Origin: Eukaryota sp. GEM-RC1
Taxonomy: Eukaryota
Direction of reading: 5' to 3'
Assembly: GCA_040285855.1 (NCBI GenBank)
Contig: JAUFOQ010000016.1
Location: forward strand, 2,356,001-2,420,000
DNA: 64,000 nucleotides
Below the pieces are notes generated by a model, which had not been told where the DNA came from, did not search any database, and saw nothing but the letters and a program-made list of their open reading frames with translations. A program made the position numbers and the translations under genes. Below, in pieces: positions 60,389 through 64,000 of the stretch (position 1 is the stretch's first letter; every line of letters begins with the position of its first letter).

Positions 60389-62025
60389 TTCTAGAGTGAC
60401 TTTAATAATGTAATAAATATATTGGATGTGCCCCTATTGGTGATATATTTTGAACAACATTCTATCTGAATCAATTTCTTAAAGAAGTATATTTGCTTGA
60501 AGTTCAAATATTGAGCTGCTGATGAGCAATAATAATCCATCCATTCCCTTTTGAGGACAATCTTCTTTGAAGTACCAGAGTATCAGGAATCCGAATTTAT
60601 TGTATTGTATTGGACTTTTGCAAATTCCAACAATAGATAATTGTATTGATCATCAACAATCAGAAAATATTGTGAACAGTATACAGTGTATCAAATATCA
60701 ATAGTGACACTAGAAAAATTTCGTTAAACAACAATTAATAATATGATACAGTCGATTTTGTAATAGTCACAGTAGTGATAATGGTGACATTTCATGGATC
60801 TACAATATATTATTTGCAATTCACCCACCGTCCATCTAGTAGTAAATCTGATGATCAACGAAAATCCTTAGAGTATTTCTTAATTCTATTTCTTAGTTCG
60901 TTATCCAACAGATTGACAGTATCAGATTTTTGAACTTATGACCTACCATACTGAAAAATTCTTGCATTAATTGGGTGAGGTGTTTGTCTTACGATCATCC
61001 ATTTAGAAGCAGTGCGGTTGTATTGTTTGTTTTTAGACAGAAAGTGTTGAAGAATAACCCGAATTTGACACTAACTATCAGAGTAAACAAGCAAAAGAAT
61101 GCTGGGCGAAATAAACGAACTCATATGTCTCAATAACAAACTCTTCTAAAATTGAGTACAAAAAGTGGAACACTCAAACCAATAACTATATTTTTTTATG
61201 GAAAAGATGATATCTGTTTAAATCTTACAATGCATCGGCATGTTCAAACTAGTTGTAATACATTGAGTCGGTCATAAATACAGTACTGGTACATATAGCG
61301 CGCGTACAGTATGCCTAACATCGCCTCGATACAAAACATTTGAGTTCCATCGTTTGAACCACAATGCATGTGTTCTACAGTTGTTAATCAACTCTAAACG
61401 CAGATCAGAACCCCCCTTGAACTGAACTGAACCGAATGAAATGACACATGATGATTAATATATAAAAAAATATTAGCAACTCATTCATTTGAATAGACGT
61501 TCCTATTTCTTGTTACATCAGTTATTCACTTCAAAACAGATTGTCAATCAACCTATATTAATTTTAGTATGTTTCGCCAATATAATATAATATAATATAT
61601 ATATAATATATATATAGTTAGGGTTATGTATAGGTTTTGAAATGTGTTCATGTGTTGCTTTAAAACTCAGATTTTGCTGTTTTTCTCTAACAGTTTTTTG
61701 GCCGAATTGATGTGTATATACGAAGTGACAACTCACTATGTGATGATTTGATTGATGTCTCCGCTTTTGATGAAAAAAGTGCAAATGGATTGTTCGGTAT
61801 TCACAATTGTTAGTGTCTTAATACGGTTGTTCTCTGTAAACGGATGATTATCTCTATTGACGGTTTCTTAACGCGAAATTGATGGTTCGCATGTAGAGCA
61901 GACGATTTTGAGGAGAAAATCAAATTTTCCATCCTCAATATTGGTTCTGTACCCGGACCTAAACCCCGGGTGGTTTTCTCACACTTATTGAACAACAGAA
62001 TCACTTTTTCACTTTCACAATTTCA

Positions 62026-63459
62026 ATGTCTGTTTGTGAAGGTTGTGAACAAGGTAAATCTGAATGCTTTTGTCTAGATTGTCAGCTTTCATTCTGCAAT
62101 GACTGCATGGCGTTACATGATAAAATCCCAAGAAACCTGGAAACATCGTCGCGGATCTCCCTCCTCTATTCCTGAATGCCCCGATCCCAAACACAAAGGC
62201 AAAAGCCTCGAATACTTTTGTCTAACATGTGTCAAAGTAATCTGCGTTGATTGCGTGTTTGTCCCTATTTAACTTCTTCTTATCATAGTGTGTTGGGGGA
62301 TGTTCTCGCCATCATCAATCTATCATCAAGACCACTGAAATGGTCCAACGTGTCCGATCAAATCTGTCCAAGTTTGACGAGGAAGTTTCCGCAAGACTCC
62401 AAACTAAAGAGTCAAAGGCCCGTAAGGAGGTACTTATTGCGTCCATTGAGTCTTCGATCGTTTATCTTGAAGATTGTCTCTCCTCTACTCTGTCTGCTTC
62501 TGGTTCGTACAATGAAAGAGCCTTAAACAGAGTGCTTGAATCCTCCTTCTCTCCCCCTTGAACAACTGAACAAAACAAAACTTGAAAATATGTTAAAAGA
62601 GACTTTTGATTATTTAAGTGAGCTTGCAGACATTTTGAACACTAACTTTTCCTTTGTTGACTCCTTGATTCAACAAACTGATATCACCGCTGAAACAATT
62701 AATGTCCCTAATGTTTCTAATTCACCTAATTTTAGCTTATCCTATGCCCAGACTGTGGTAGACACTTGCGAGAAGGCAACTGTTGATTCTTTACAGAAGC
62801 AAGTTTCAGATCTTACGTTGGAAAAGCAAGAACTTCAAAAAGAAAAGGAAGAACTTCTACTCAAAACTAAATCTACTGCTACTCTTGCCAACGATATCCT
62901 CGCTACCCTCTCTACTGATGAACCTAGTGAGCCTACAACTAGTGAAGCTGTTAAAGAAAAGGAGTTGTCAATCATTCCTTATGGTGCTAGATTTACATCA
63001 ATCAATATGGGCTCTAATGTTACTCTTTCTGAAGGTGACTCTGTTGTTACAATGAATGGCTCTGGGCATACTAACTCCTTTGTTCCTGTTCACTATAATT
63101 CTAACAATGGGAATTGCACTATTGTTTTTACTCGATTGGATGGTAATGGAGATAACCATGTTGCCTATGGATGGTTTAGGACATCAGACATTACATCTGG
63201 CAATACTATGGGGAGTAATTATTGTTGTCATTATGCGGGATCTGTTTATAACAATGGTAGTAGTCAGGGAAGTTGTGGATCTCCATCTAATCCCGGTGAT
63301 TCAGTAATTGTTTCTATTTACAACAATACTGTCTATATCAAGTGTTCAAACAACTCCACAGTGCGCAGTTTTTCTGTGCCAAATGAATCCAGTATCGGAT
63401 ATCGTTATCATTTTGGAGTTGTGCTTTATGCCAATAATTCACAAGTTCATGTGAAATAG
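62026..63459 (+). CDS. B-box zinc-finger + coiled-coil + SPRY-like protein (RING-less TRIM-like); several frameshifts
   Basis: CEGC...FCLDC...FCNDC..H (B-box 1), CPDPKH...YFCLTC..ICVDC (B-box 2), a coiled coil, and a C-terminal beta domain (NVTLSEGDSVVT...AYGW...GDSVIV). Confidence 0.78.
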
Positions 63460-64000
63460 TCTCTTAGCTTAATTTCAGTTTCATTTCAGTTTTGCAGACG
63501 CAATATATAAACCAGTCAAATGAGTCTTATTCATAGAACTTTGTTCATGACATTAGTCCAGAATTCAATACAGTCTATATGTTCAGAATAAATCCGAATG
63601 TACAGTTTGATGCACTGTATTGTTGTTCTATGTGGTACTTTCAGTTAGTATAAAATGCATTAAGTAAAACTGACTTTTAATATGAATACAGTGACACTTG
63701 TTTACTAATTGACTGTTATCGCCTCTCCTTTTTCTATCTCACTCATTGTTGTAGATACAAAATCCCCAATTTCTTAACAGGCGTTCTGTTTCTGCTGGGT
63801 AAATCAGAATTCCGCGCATTTTACACTGGTATCACTTCTACAAATTTAATTATCGCTCAACGATTTCCAATCAAATGGAATGAAGACCTTTGGTTATCTG
63901 TGTGAAACTTCCAGCTTATGACTACTAGTACTGTAGTATTGTAGTAGCTGGAGTAACAACAACGTGTCATTGTAAGTTTTATTGAAGGCTATTAGTTGCA

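Noticed and set aside
61860..61975. GGTTCG-containing GC-richer patch as a tRNA
   Set aside because: No cloverleaf or proper A/B-box spacing could be built.

Overview
AT-rich, gene-dense eukaryotic (protist) DNA. The rare, tiny introns with a fused branch point/3' splice site, the BspA-type LRRs and the RNI-like LRR family suggest a metamonad-like flagellate; this is an inference and is not verified. The assembly looks error-prone: most recognisable genes are split by single-base indels, usually in homopolymers. Recognisable genes are NIF3, syntaxin-16, a TOG/TOGARAM-like protein, TFIIIC subunit 1, meiotic HOP1, an RNI-like LRR protein, a PARP remnant, an ARM-like protein, pecanex-4, a GT61 glycosyltransferase, an acid-sphingomyelinase-like phosphodiesterase, serine palmitoyltransferase LCB1 and a B-box (TRIM-like) protein. 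There is also a divergent U6 snRNA gene and three 32-33 nt GTATG...TAACnnTAG introns. Intergenic DNA holds many hAT, MULE and MITE relics (several with intact TIRs and TSDs, one set triply nested) and about ten 3' fragments of RLE-type non-LTR retrotransposons. The standout candidate is 37.4-43.0 kb. After correcting single-base indels it reads as one gene of roughly 1,800 aa: degenerate PPDK-derived domain, divergent kinesin motor, acidic linker, one TM helix, extracellular carboxypeptidase-regulatory-like repeats and BspA LRRs. That would be a putative transmembrane 'adhesin-kinesin'. The fusion depends on one unverified frameshift correction.
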